Shown here piece by piece: positions 1-10,900 of a stretch of DNA of 64,000 bases; within the stretch, counting starts at the first letter, position 1; each line of letters begins with the position of its first letter. The notes beneath the pieces are model-generated. The model ran no database searches. It saw only the letters and a list, made by a program, of their open reading frames with translations, and was not told where the DNA came from. The position numbers and the translations under genes are program-made. Source of the stretch: a virus; the IMG/VR virus record IMGVR_UViG_3300020430_000008, positions 64,001 to 128,000 of that record; one strand, written 5' to 3'.

Positions 1-3000
1 CCAGCTTGGTATACCGAAACAACAGTGCCGTCCGTTGTTGTAAGTTGCAAAAGAACCTTGTGAATGCCTATATCATAAAGGTCTGCTGAGTTAGTGACAG
101 TAACCGTGCCCGACGCGGCGATTGGTGCAACATATGCTTGGTTGCCTGCCTGTGACTTGAAGCCTTCCCAGCCGTCCATGACGCGGTAGCCTTCACGCTT
201 GACCTTAGCTCCATAGGAAGCGGAACGTGGCATGTCACATTGCGGCAAGCTTGCGCTTGGCGATGCGTCAGTGTCCATGTCCTTCGCAACAAGATAGCCC
301 AGAGGGTATCCACCGAACTTGCCATAGTCAACACCTCTTGGGGAGAACGGCACAGTTGCAGGATAAACATAATCGAGCTTCTTGTTGTCATCGTAGTTAA
401 TACCGCCATGAATAATGCGAGTCTGATCAACGCTGTATTTATATGGCGTGTGCAGCTTGCGGTTAAACGCGCTGGTGCTGGCACTAAAGATTGCGATACG
501 AGAAGTCAACGTTCCCGAAAGGTTCATGCCCGGTGAACTGGCAGACAGCGCCGTGGAAGCAAGAATCGGATGCTCGCGCTCTGCTCTCTTGCTCCACCAA
601 AGGCAGTTGTCATCCTGATCCATCATTTCAGCACCACCCGGCGCTAACGGAACAGGGGCATGACCACGCTGGTAATCATATAGGAGAGTATTAATTGTGT
701 CGAAAGATGCAGCCGGTGGGTCATCAGCCATTTCCATAGAGGGGAACTTGGTTTCGTACTTGTTCCGCTCCAACATATGGCTTTCAACCATGGTCTGCAT
801 GCCTTCTGAGTGCTCTGCAGATGCTGGGAACAGGTCTTCTAAGAACCTGCTGACTGCGCTGTCAATCCACTTGTAGTAGTCTACATACTTGTCAAGGTCT
901 GGGCTGTTAGGCATCTTCTCAAAGAAAAGTTGTCTAAGCTTTCCGAGATCCTTGTACTTGGGGCGATACCTGTTGACTGGCTCGCCAATAAGATTATCGA
1001 AGTCTTTGATCGAAGAGAACATCTTGACCATCTCTTCCGAGATTGTCTGGTACATGCTCTTTTCAATAGAATAATAAACCTTACTAGGTCTTGTGTCGAT
1101 CGTGAAAAACTCGTCATCGTTCTGACGAATCTCAACCATGTCGCTGCTGTGCAGATACTCTGGGAGGACAACCTTAGCAGTTGGGATATATCGAGTATTA
1201 ACAATATCTTTCTTGTTTTCCAAGAAGAAATCACCAATACCCAAATGCTGCATCATTACCTGATCGCTAAACGCTGGCTCATATCTTTCGCCATGTTCTG
1301 CAGAACCAGACGAGATGTCTTGAACAATAAACTGTGCGTCTTTTGTGTTCTCTGTAGTCGTCGGGCTAGGACCAGAACCTGTTACGTTGTCAAAGTTCCA
1401 GTGAAGTGCCAGTGTTGCGATTTGTGGAACGTAGTTTCCGCTCATCGACGTTTGGTAAATGAACGCATTCTTGTACGGACTTTCAACACCGAAGCTGCTT
1501 TGATCCATTGCGTGAGTCAACACAACGTCATCGGACACATCGCTGAACCAATACCTTAAGTTGCCCACCTCGACATTACTATAGTATTCTGTGCTGCCTG
1601 TAAAATCTGTATGTAAAGCACCGACATAGCAGCGCTTTGATGAACTCAAAAATGCTTTTCCGACCGCTTCACTCACTGTGGTCGTTTTTAAGAATTCATG
1701 CTGCACAACGTCCGTGAAAACGTTTACACCGTAGAACTCCACATCAAACGTTTGATCGCCGAGCGCACCGTCAGAGCCACTAATGTGATCAACCCACGGG
1801 TGCTTAGTGGGCTTGACACGGACAGCGAAATTCCATCGCGTATCGTCATAAACATCTTCGTAATAATCAGTAGTTAGTGTTCCAAGCCTGTCTGATTTCA
1901 ACATGAACCGGGCGCGCTTAGACTCTAATTTATCTTTGAGTGCAAATACCTTGAGATCTACCGGGCTTTCAGTGGGAAAACGAGTGTCTGTTTGGCTCTC
2001 AACTGTGCCCTTAGCACCAAACATTGAAGCCGTAACAAATGTGTCAGGATACCACTGCTTGCTGAGGATGTCTTCTGTCTTAAGTGGGAAGAACACCTCG
2101 CATTCAATAGTCTGCGCATTGTATTCGCCAAAGCCGCTTGAGCCAGTGATATAAGCGCGAGCATTTGGGTTACTATACACGCCGTCAACAGACATCGAAA
2201 CAGCTTGATAGACTGTACCGGCGATTCGATCACTGTGGTTGAACGTAACATAGTTTGTTTTGTTTGAAGTTGCGCGGCGATTATCTTTGAAAACATAGTC
2301 AGAATTGTCAGCGTACGCATTAATCTTGACAAGCTCATCATCAACACCAAAGCAGCGCAACATGTTTCGCATCGACTTCTCTGTACCCTTTGTCTTAAAA
2401 ACGTACAGCAGGTTAGCGTAAATGTTGGAGTAGATTTGGTTGCGAATATTATAAAGCTTTTCTTCGTATTCTTCGACTTCGTTGCGGTTCAAAAAGTTTT
2501 CAATAAGCTCTGCTTCTTGCAGGATTTCTGGAACTGCAATACCAAACTGTGTGACAAGGTTTTTCGCAAATGGCACAGGCTTGAAGCTTGCTGACACGTC
2601 GCCAGAAGAGTAAGAGCTTCCGTACCTGTCCTTGAGCTTACCTAAGCCTTCAATCTGCATATGCAGCTTATCAAAGTAGCTGGCAAAGATTTGAGTAAAG
2701 TGCTTAAGCGTCGTCGTTCTTGACTCTGTGTCAATCCAGTCAGGGAAATTGGATGTGATGAGGGAGTTATTAAGATTGTCATGAAGCGTACCGCTTGCAA
2801 CCATAGCAATCTCAAGATCTTCAACATCTGGATGTTCAGAATAGATGATCGGGTCATGGAACTCGTTCATGTTGTGACTACCAGATGCCATGGCAGAGCC
2901 ACTGTTGCGACACTCGGCAACGCCGCCCTTCCAGAATCCGTTAGAGATACGACCTGAGTAGTCTAGCACCGTGCGGTCACGGCTACCAGAGTTCATGATT

Positions 3001-4202
3001 CCTTCGTTAAACTTATAGTATACGCCAAGTCCGACGTTAGCCTTATCAGTGTTTGTGCCGCCGCCGACTTGTGTGAACCAGTAACGTCCAATCTGGCGCG
3101 GATCGCGCTCTAGCTTCCAGAAACGGAACTCATCAAGAGATGCAGAAAGCTTTGCGCCACCCTTTGCAATCGTAGTAGAATCGTAGAATCCTGTCGCACC
3201 AGATGGTGGCGCAATCAAAGCGCCGATGGTCGCCATCATAGAGCCTGTAACTCTACCAAGACCGGTGGAGCCAAGCTTGGCTGAACCGCTGACTTGTCCG
3301 TTTACATAAAGTTTGGCAGTGATACCGTCATTGTTAGCGTGGTTCTTGAGCGTAATCGCGTAATGCTTCCAAACACCGTCAGCAACCTCAGATGGCGTGA
3401 GCGTGGCAAGAGGCTCGTTGACGAACCCAGAAGTACCGGACTGGGCAGTAAGCCTGATTGATGAGCCTGCGTCAGAACCGCCCGAAAGCTCGATCATCAA
3501 GCGACCATAGCCAGCAGACGATGAGTTTTCGTTGTTCCATAGATCGAAAACAACCTCTCGCTCTGTCTTGCTTGTGTAGAAAGAATTCTTGAGCATCCAG
3601 AACTCGACAGTCATACCGGTTCTAAGATCGTATTCTAAGTTGTACTCACGGGCTGAGCCTGAATCATAAACGTTGGAGAAGTCGAACAACTTCTTAAGTT
3701 GTACGTCCTGAGTCTCAAATGTTCTATCGGCAGAGCCCGTGTTGGGACCACCCTTGATTTCAATATATTCTAAGATGTTGTTGCTGGTGGTGTCGGGCAT
3801 GCCATAGCCACCAACACCGGACGATTCGCTGACCATGCTTAGCCAGTCGCCAGAACCAGAGGTAGTACCTAAGTGAACGTAACCGGTACTTCTTGGGTAT
3901 TTGTATTCCAGCATCCATCGATCCAAAAAGGAAGATGAATTGTGGAAGTCTAAAACTTCGTATTTTGATCCGTCGTACGGATAACTGTTATAGATTCGCT
4001 GAATACTGTCTTCGTAGTATTTTGCTGCCGAACCATATCTTGCAAAGTTAGATGCCGTAGAAAAGTCTACAGGAGGGACATACTCATTTTTGTCTTGGAC
4101 AAACGCATCCGTGTACGCATCAGACTCAACTTCATAAGCTGTCTCATCTGCGCTGCCGGATTTCGTTACTTTTGTGCTCTCAAATAAATCCTTAAGACTC
4201 AT
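1..4202 (-). CDS. Large baseplate wedge protein (T4 gp7/P2 gpI-like motif) with LamG/concanavalin-like domain; runs off the window start
   Basis: Not in the ORF track. ATG at 4202 (MSLKDLFESTK...); frame open in every segment I translated down to the window edge. Contains FKTKGTEKSMRNMLRCFG (wedge KGT motif) and LamG-like elements TVEFWM, WKHYAITL, LYVNG, SLDEFRFW, YYKFNEG; lies next to gp6/gp25-like genes. Confidence 0.75.
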   Translation of the reverse strand, partial: MSLKDLFESTKVTKSGSADETAYEVESDAYTDAFVQDKNEYVPPVDFSTASNFARYGSAAKYYEDSIQRIYNSYPYDGSKYEVLDFHNSSSFLDRWMLEYKYPRSTGYVHLGTTSGSGDWLSMVSESSGVGGYGMPDTTSNNILEYIEIKGGPNTGSADRTFETQDVQLKKLFDFSNVYDSGSAREYNLEYDLRTGMTVEFWMLKNSFYTSKTEREVVFDLWNNENSSSAGYGRLMIELSGGSDAGSSIRLTAQSGTSGFVNEPLATLTPSEVADGVWKHYAITLKNHANNDGITAKLYVNGQVSGSAKLGSTGLGRVTGSMMATIGALIAPPSGATGFYDSTTIAKGGAKLSASLDEFRFWKLERDPRQIGRYWFTQVGGGTNTDKANVGLGVYYKFNEGIMNSGSRDRTVLDYSGRISNGFWKGGVAECRNSGSAMASGSHNMNEFHDPIIYSEHPDVEDLEIAMVASGTLHDNLNNSLITSNFPDWIDTESRTTTLKHFTQIFASYFDKLHMQIEGLGKLKDRYGSSYSSGDVSASFKPVPFAKNLVTQFGIAVPEILQEAELIENFLNRNEVEEYEEKLYNIRNQIYSNIYANLLYVFKTKGTEKSMRNMLRCFGVDDELVKINAYADNSDYVFKDNRRATSNKTNYVTFNHSDRIAGTVYQAVSMSVDGVYSNPNARAYITGSSGFGEYNAQTIECEVFFPLKTEDILSKQWYPDTFVTASMFGAKGTVESQTDTRFPTESPVDLKVFALKDKLESKRARFMLKSDRLGTLTTDYYEDVYDDTRWNFAVRVKPTKHPWVDHISGSDGALGDQTFDVEFYGVNVFTDVVQHEFLKTTTVSEAVGKAFLSSSKRCYVGALHTDFTGSTEYYSNVEVGNLRYWFSDVSDDVVLTHAMDQSSFGVESPYKNAFIYQTSMSGNYVPQIATLALHWNFDNVTGSGPSPTTTENTKDAQFIVQDISSGSAEHGERYEPAFSDQVMMQHLGIGDFFLENKKDIVNTRYIPTAKVVLPEYLHSSDMVEIRQNDDEFFTIDTRPSKVYYSIEKSMYQTISEEMVKMFSSIKDFDNLIGEPVNRYRPKYKDLGKLRQLFFEKMPNSPDLDKYVDYYKWIDSAVSRFLEDLFPASAEHSEGMQTMVESHMLERNKYETKFPSMEMADDPPAASFDTINTLLYDYQRGHAPVPLAPGGAEMMDQDDNCLWWSKRAEREHPILASTALSASSPGMNLSGTLTSRIAIFSASTSAFNRKLHTPYKYSVDQTRIIHGGINYDDNKKLDYVYPATVPFSPRGVDYGKFGGYPLGYLVAKDMDTDASPSASLPQCDMPRSASYGAKVKREGYRVMDGWEGFKSQAGNQAYVAPIAASGTVTVTNSADLYDIGIHKVLLQLTTTDGTVVSVYQA

Positions 4203-5703
4203 GCTTCTCTACTCTGAATTTGAATACTTCGGGCTGCTCCACATAGGTATCCAGTGCCCCATTATAGTAGGCAAACTGAATAGCGTAACCGTACCCCGGT
4301 TCAAAAATCTCCATATCCAAATCGAAATAGTTTCCTGACACGTCGAACGATAGCTGTGTTTCCAAGTCGCTGCCTGTTCCATGTGGTATGACCTCGTAAT
4401 CATCTGCGATTCTATAAATCTTATACGAACCGCTATCAATACTGTGATTTGGGATTGTGGCTGTAGCCTTGGAATAAATAGATGGGCTCCAACCTTTTTC
4501 TCGCACGAAAAGACGGAATCTTGCTGTCTCGTCGCGGCTGTACGCAGCCTTGAGGTTCGTGATTTTTGTAACGTATTGCGGTGTCGGGTTGTAGGACACG
4601 GCTTCCAGCAAGTTTGGATAAATAGAGCCAGTGTGCCACTGTGTATCATCAACACGTCCTGTGTGCCATACATCAAAAAGCTTGTCAATAGGCGGGGAAG
4701 CAGCAGTAAGGCATACAGAAGCAGTGTAAACACCGGTTGCGACCCAGCCACCAGTTGCAGGCGTAGAAGCCGACATTTGATCCGAAGTGGTTACCAGCGT
4801 CAATGCGCTGGTGTCTGGCACTGTGTTATCTGCAGAGCCAGAGTACAGGTGAACATAGACACTACCTGTGCCGCCAGCTTCACCAGCAGACTCGCTGATG
4901 TGTGGCAGATTCTTTAACTGCCCTCTGACATAATTGTACAGATACAGTGTGTTCATGTTGTCATCAGCCTCAGCTAATGAGCTACTATAATAAAAGTTTG
5001 ATCGGTCGTCCTTATCTGCGGAGTTCCAACGCGCCTCAATGATTGGGCGCTTAAAGAAATATTGACTGCCTCTGCAGAAAAACTTTTTGGTATACAAAGA
5101 GCCGGAAGCAACCTCATGACTTGACGACAGCATAACGCCAACACCATAGTCGGTATATGTCCCTGCTAACCAGTATTCAACCATGCCAGTGATGTCTACA
5201 AACAAATCTTCTGTGCCGTCAACAAAGCTGGAAGAATATTGCAGACTTGTTTGATAATCTCCACCTTCGGAAGTCCAACTAACAAGCCCGCCGCCAGAAG
5301 AACTCTGCGCAATAATCCAGTTGCAGAAACCAAAATCTGAATAGCCGTCAGAATCGATGCCAGTTCCCTCATCCCAGTTTCTTGACACAGCCTTGACCAT
5401 AAGTGTGTAATCAGAAGGTACAGTGAACGGATGAACAGCGTTGAACAATCTCAAGTAGAAAGACACGTTACCACTTGCAGGCAATGTCCCTGCAGCACGA
5501 TCTGTTGTGATGTTCTCCGTGGGGAACTTGACCAAAATACGAGAGTTTTCAGATGAAGTCATCTGCTGCTGCCCGTAAATATGAAAAATCTCCATGCTGT
5601 CAGACGCACCCATGTTAGAGCCGGTAGCGCGCTTGCTTAAGCCGGATTTGAATGCGTTTGTGATGGTAGTGTCGTGGGTGGCGTAATACCTTTTGATGCC
5701 CAT
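4192..5703 (-). CDS. Virion structural protein, probably baseplate-associated (DNRLRE-like beta-sandwich N-terminus)
   Basis: 503 aa; DTTI...SRILVKF...WDEG...W...GGD...VDIT pattern; overlaps both neighbours in the baseplate operon. Confidence 0.55.
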   Translation of the reverse strand: MGIKRYYATHDTTITNAFKSGLSKRATGSNMGASDSMEIFHIYGQQQMTSSENSRILVKFPTENITTDRAAGTLPASGNVSFYLRLFNAVHPFTVPSDYTLMVKAVSRNWDEGTGIDSDGYSDFGFCNWIIAQSSSGGGLVSWTSEGGDYQTSLQYSSSFVDGTEDLFVDITGMVEYWLAGTYTDYGVGVMLSSSHEVASGSLYTKKFFCRGSQYFFKRPIIEARWNSADKDDRSNFYYSSSLAEADDNMNTLYLYNYVRGQLKNLPHISESAGEAGGTGSVYVHLYSGSADNTVPDTSALTLVTTSDQMSASTPATGGWVATGVYTASVCLTAASPPIDKLFDVWHTGRVDDTQWHTGSIYPNLLEAVSYNPTPQYVTKITNLKAAYSRDETARFRLFVREKGWSPSIYSKATATIPNHSIDSGSYKIYRIADDYEVIPHGTGSDLETQLSFDVSGNYFDLDMEIFEPGYGYAIQFAYYNGALDTYVEQPEVFKFRVEKHES

Positions 5704-7520
5704 TAGACGGTAACTCCCTTAATATCTTCAAACAAATATTTCACTTCCATAATAACATTTTCTGGAACTGCAATAAAGCGTTTGTCTGGCGTCATTTGCG
5801 CCTCGAAATTGAAACGAATGTCGGAGTAACGATCTCCAACTTTCTGATGAATGTCAACATCCACAACGTCCGCGACACCATCAAGACGACCAAGGATTCT
5901 ATAAATCTCGGTAATCTCAAGCGGCTCGCCAATGTCGTGCTTGCGGCGGTATCTTGCTCTCAGCACTCGACCGCAGCGTTGAAGAACGTCGTATTTGTTT
6001 TCCCCTGCCTCTACAACGATAGAGTAGGTAATGCCAAAGTTTACGATTTTCGCATCCAGAATGTCAATAGTGTCATTAATCATTCTATTATCATTTAGCC
6101 AAACTTTCAAATTGTTTTTAAGGGCAGGATTAGATTTTACCAATCTTCTCTCGACATCCTCTGAAACAACGTAAATATTAAGGTTTCGCTTAAATGAATC
6201 TCTGTCTTGCGCGAGGTTACAACGTGTGATTGAACCAAACTTTGGGGGCATCGAGTAGATCAAGGATTGATAATCTTTCTTTGTTACCGCTCTGTTCTGA
6301 GTTGCGTAGTTGTCAATAGTGGAGCGGCGAAGCTCGTCTGCACCCGGCATCGTGACATCACCGACGATGCGGTCGTCATTGTTGCACTCAAAAGAATTCT
6401 TGACTGCGGTAACCTTCTCTTCGTCCAAGTCAAAACGGTTAGCGAACTTGACTTTCATGTTTTGAATCTGCTGAATAGAGCTTGGCGATGCATTTGCGTT
6501 GCTGTTAGAGTTTACGCGGTACTGAACAGTGAGCGTAGTGTTTGATGGACCTACGCCGAACTTGTCGCTTTTAATAAGGTTTGTCGGGTCAAAGCCAACA
6601 TCGGTGATGTAGTTTCTGGCATGCAAATCCATGACCACATTCGCTGGCTCGATAACGTCACCAGTGACTGCACCGGCTTTCAGTTGATCTTCTGCGCCAT
6701 ATCCAAAAACAAGTGACGTGGTGCGTGAGTCGCGCTCGACAACAAAGCGGCGAGGGACTGCAAACGGCTTTAAAATATTAGGGACATTATGTCGCCAGAC
6801 GCCCATGTTGGGCACCTCTTTATAGATTGTGTCTTGGGAAAGATAGTCTACCTCAAAATAATCGTGACCTTCGGCATCTCTGACTCTCAAAATCTCAGCA
6901 ATGTTGATACCGACAAGCGGAACCTTTCTGAACTTCTCAAAGCCGCCGATGTTAATAGTTTGTGATGTGATTCTGCCTGAGACAATACTGCCCTTGGCAC
7001 GCACAACGTAATGTGTGGGTGCCCCGTTCTCGTCAACACGACCAACCACAACCTCGTTTTGAGTGTTGGCAAAATCAACATCTTCGGTAAGAATGAAACC
7101 ATCGCCGGAAGTAGACATAAACTGACTGCCCTTCAATGCAATCGGCAAGTATGCAGTATCTGGTCCAAGACCTGTGACGTTTGCGGGACACAACACGTAA
7201 AGCGTGATGATGCCAAAAGTGCTGGGCTTACCTCTGAACTTGTATCCCAGTTGACGACTGAGCTTGACTACATTATCGAACTCGACAGCCGTGTCAAGGA
7301 ACGATTCATTAACAGCATAGTCAAGATAGAACGACAAAACGTCGCCGACGTACGCAACCGTATCGACCATCATCGCTCCAAACGATGCGTCACTAAAGTC
7401 CTTGAATGAGTCTGGATAATATCTTTTTGCGTAGTCTACTAGGTCAGATTTGATGCTGCCGAAGTCTCTCGCAGTATATTTAATTGGAACCTTTTTACTC
7501 TCGTCATCCCACTTTGCCAT
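5703..7520 (-). CDS. Baseplate wedge subunit (T4 gp6 / baseplate J-like)
   Basis: N-terminal YTARDFGSIKSDL..F.DF, ESFLDTA, LGYK and QNRAVTKKDY motifs of gp6-like wedges; GGAG SD upstream. Confidence 0.85.
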   Translation of the reverse strand: MAKWDDESKKVPIKYTARDFGSIKSDLVDYAKRYYPDSFKDFSDASFGAMMVDTVAYVGDVLSFYLDYAVNESFLDTAVEFDNVVKLSRQLGYKFRGKPSTFGIITLYVLCPANVTGLGPDTAYLPIALKGSQFMSTSGDGFILTEDVDFANTQNEVVVGRVDENGAPTHYVVRAKGSIVSGRITSQTINIGGFEKFRKVPLVGINIAEILRVRDAEGHDYFEVDYLSQDTIYKEVPNMGVWRHNVPNILKPFAVPRRFVVERDSRTTSLVFGYGAEDQLKAGAVTGDVIEPANVVMDLHARNYITDVGFDPTNLIKSDKFGVGPSNTTLTVQYRVNSNSNANASPSSIQQIQNMKVKFANRFDLDEEKVTAVKNSFECNNDDRIVGDVTMPGADELRRSTIDNYATQNRAVTKKDYQSLIYSMPPKFGSITRCNLAQDRDSFKRNLNIYVVSEDVERRLVKSNPALKNNLKVWLNDNRMINDTIDILDAKIVNFGITYSIVVEAGENKYDVLQRCGRVLRARYRRKHDIGEPLEITEIYRILGRLDGVADVVDVDIHQKVGDRYSDIRFNFEAQMTPDKRFIAVPENVIMEVKYLFEDIKGVTV

Positions 7521-7543
7521 CTAGATGTGTCTCCTGCAAATAA

Positions 7544-7552
7544 TAAATAGTT
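7544..7552 (-). promoter_or_regulatory. Putative late promoter motif AACTATTTA
   Basis: Intergenic ACTANTTA motif 23 nt upstream of the gp6-like start; recurs upstream of several other genes. Confidence 0.55.
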
Positions 7553-7563
7553 AGTTACCTAAG

Positions 7564-7956
7564 TTATGCGCTTACTGGCACCTCAAGCATTGCTCTTCTG
7601 TTAAGAGGCTTAATATTGAAAATAAGTCTGATCATGACAGTGTTCGCAGCAATCGCAGTATTGCCCGTACCATTAGAGTCATAAGTGATGTCCTCAATCT
7701 CAATGTACGGTAAATACTTATCGACTTGCTGCTTGATTCTGGCAGAAACGTTTGAATAAGTTGACGGGTGATCCATTTCAAAAATAAACTTTCGCATGCC
7801 AACACCAAAATCAGGGTCCATGATCCTTTCTCCCGGTGCGGTAAGCATTAGCATGGTCAGATTTTGATTGACCAAATCAATATATTCTTTATTAAGTTTT
7901 ACTCCATCTCTATCGTCAGTAACGAAAGGAATTGCTGGTGAAAGTCCTTGTGCCAT
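7564..7956 (-). CDS. Baseplate protein gp25/GPW-like
   Basis: NL..L.LTAPGERIMDPDFG signature; 130 aa; adjacent to gp6-like gene. Confidence 0.9.
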   Translation of the reverse strand: MAQGLSPAIPFVTDDRDGVKLNKEYIDLVNQNLTMLMLTAPGERIMDPDFGVGMRKFIFEMDHPSTYSNVSARIKQQVDKYLPYIEIEDITYDSNGTGNTAIAANTVMIRLIFNIKPLNRRAMLEVPVSA

Positions 7957-10900
7957 TATTCATCTGCCTCGTCTTGTTCTGGATTACAATCCGCATCCGA
8001 TCCGCTGCCGCCTGTACCGGGCGGGGGTGGTGGATTGTTTGCGTCGTTCATTCTCAAATTCTGCTTCTCCAATGGCGTAAGTGCGCCCAATGCCAAATAC
8101 GCCAAGCCAATCGGGGTAATCGGTGGTCCGATACCGGGTCCGAAAGGCGGTGGTGGAATAAGGTTGAATGGCAAAGCCATCAAAGTTGATGGGAATTTGG
8201 CAATCTTACCATTATCTCCGTCTGCCGCAATTCTAATTAGTTTCGCGATCATGATATTCGGATCCATTGTTTCAGCAATTCCCTTAAAAAGCATAGGAAT
8301 TGTATTTAATGCCATCTTAATCGGTAGCGGTAAGCCGCCTCCGTCTGTATCAGTATTGAGGGTAGCAACCTCCATGTCAGTCGTTTCTGTCTCTGCACGG
8401 AAGGAGAATCCGTCACCACCAGTACCAATGTCATTATACAATGTCCAGAACAAAATGCGCAGTTCTTGCTTGGTCTGCGCGAAAGCCATATCGATTCTGG
8501 GAACACTTGTGGTCGTCATCATAGCGCAGTAGTTCCACAGTTGTTGTACAATCTGCTTCGAGTGGAAACATTGACGGAACATAAAATTCCAATCGTCTGA
8601 TTTGCGCATCTTCACTTGCAGTGCCTTCAACTTTTCGTCAAGAGCGACCGGCGCGTTAGTCCATGGTGTGCTGAAAGTTGTAATGGTATCGGCGTCTGGC
8701 ACGATTCCGGCTTCTAAATAAGCGGTGATTGCGTCGAATGCAGCGCCCGCACCTTCTGCCATGACAAAGCTGATTGGTGAGCCTGCGCTGATTGTTGTCT
8801 CAACCAGTGGAATAGAGATGTTGAAAAACTTTTCTTGCGTGCTTTCGATAGCTGTTGCAGTTACCATGGGAGTCTCTGCGTCTGCAGATTCGTCTGCTGC
8901 TGATTCTGAGTCGGTTTCGCTGCCGCCTGTGCTGACAGCGCGTGGATCAGGAATCTCAGCAGTCACCTCAGCGTTGAAAATAACTGCTTCTGGCTGCAAC
9001 AAGGAGCCTTGCATCTTTGACAAGTCTGGCATCAAGCCCATAGAGTTACCGAACATTTCATTGAGAAGACGCAAATAATCAGCATTTGCAGCAATTGTGC
9101 TGCCTGCTGCCGGAGTAAGCGACGGAGTGCGCGTTGGTGCCATGTAACATAAGCGCAAGCCATACTCTGCTTCTGTGTTGGCGTATTGTGCCAATGCCGC
9201 AATCGCTGATGCGTCCGGACTTTCTTTTGTTGCTGCATCGATCAGCAAATCTAACCACTCTTGCAAGTTGTCAGCGTTCCAATATTCTTGACCAATCTTA
9301 ATAAATTTCTCCATGTACAAGCCGCCTTTAACGTCGGTTGTTTTTGGAAACGATCTAGGCGAAGGATATGCAGCATGCTGTGGTCGATGCCAGTTGTCGA
9401 GAAGGCTGTAGTAAAGGTTATTGTATGGTCCGGTTTCGAGGAATGAACTAACAGGATCTGAAATCTGTTGCCATTGAGAGCTAAGAGTTACTGACTCTCT
9501 TGTTGCTAACCATGCTGCCTCTTCCGTTGGCGTAAGTTCTGTTCCGTCTGTAAGGTATACTTCTTCGTCAACATAAGTTAGGTCTTCACTACTATAGTCT
9601 GTGTCAGAGAAAGTGAAAAGTCTTGGCAACGGCAGATTGTCGGGATAGTCTGGATCAATGAATTCTCCTGAGTTTACAAATCCGATATCGGTTTCAATGT
9701 ATACAGGAGGTACGACAGACGTGGTTGTGTCTTCCGATGTTGTACCTTCTTCTGTTGCGATTGACTCGCCGACGAAATAAGTTTTCATGCCGTCTATAGA
9801 CGCCTCAGAGCGTGGGTTGTTGAGAATCGTTGCGTACAAGTCAGCCTGCGAAGCGAGTCCTGTAACGTCCATGCCGTCAGGGATCGGATACTCAGGAATA
9901 GGCAAAGTCTCAAGCCACATTTCTTGTGCAACCTTAGACACATTAGGAGTAGAAGTGCCAAACTTGGTATCTAAAATATCTGCTACATCGTCCAAATGCT
10001 TTTTAATATAATACATCAATGCAGACATAGACTCGCAATCAATCTCTTCGCCAGTCATCGGATCGGTCATTGGCTCGTCCTTGCAAGCTGCGGCATCACA
10101 CGCTGCCTTAAACAACATGTCGATAGTGTCCATAAAGGCGTCATGATATTGCGGGTCGAGAACTTGTGTCTCTCTGATGATTTTATCTGCTACTTGCTGT
10201 AGGAAGATGCTGTCAAAATCCCCAACATCGTACTCAGAAATCGGGAAAATAGAGCGCAGCAACATGTCAATGACATAAACGCGAATGGTGATTTCACACA
10301 CACCAACCAAGCCGGCTTGCTTGAAAGCATTTTTACCAGTTTCCTTTTCTTTTGCCGGGTCTTTGCATGCTTTAGAGAACGCATCCTTCGTCGGCTTCTT
10401 ACCTGAATCGTCCAAGTCTAAAACGCTTCTTGGCTTGTCGCCGCATGCATTTGCTGGCGAAAAGCTGGTGGGCTCGATCTCTAGAATTCTGAGCCTATCT
10501 GCGCTAAACAACTCTGTGAAAATAATCTGAATACCAGCGCTCTGGATTAGCTGATTAATAATCTGCTGATAAACACCTCTGATGCCAAAGCCGACAAACA
10601 GTCCGTCGCCGTCATCATCTAGTCCAAGAGTAGCCCAAGCCGTTGACGATGCGACATCAACGCCCTCTACTATCAATGGGTGCTTCAAGAACTTATCGCG
10701 TATGAGTTGTCTGAAAAGCTGATACTTGAGCGGTATTCCTTCTTCTAGCGTGGGTTCCATCGACTCTGGGATCTCTACATCCTCAGACAACGTGACTGTG
10801 TAATCGTCGCATGCTTCACCCAACGGCGTTTGATATGTAGATGGCACAGAAGTAGTTGAGGTTGCAGGCGGCTGGGCGCTGGCTTGTAGCTGCGCCTCGC

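Noticed and set aside
68-2857. Short ORFs listed in the first 3 kb
   Set aside because: Shadows of the long minus-strand frame 4202 to <1, omitted from the track because it has no stop inside the window.
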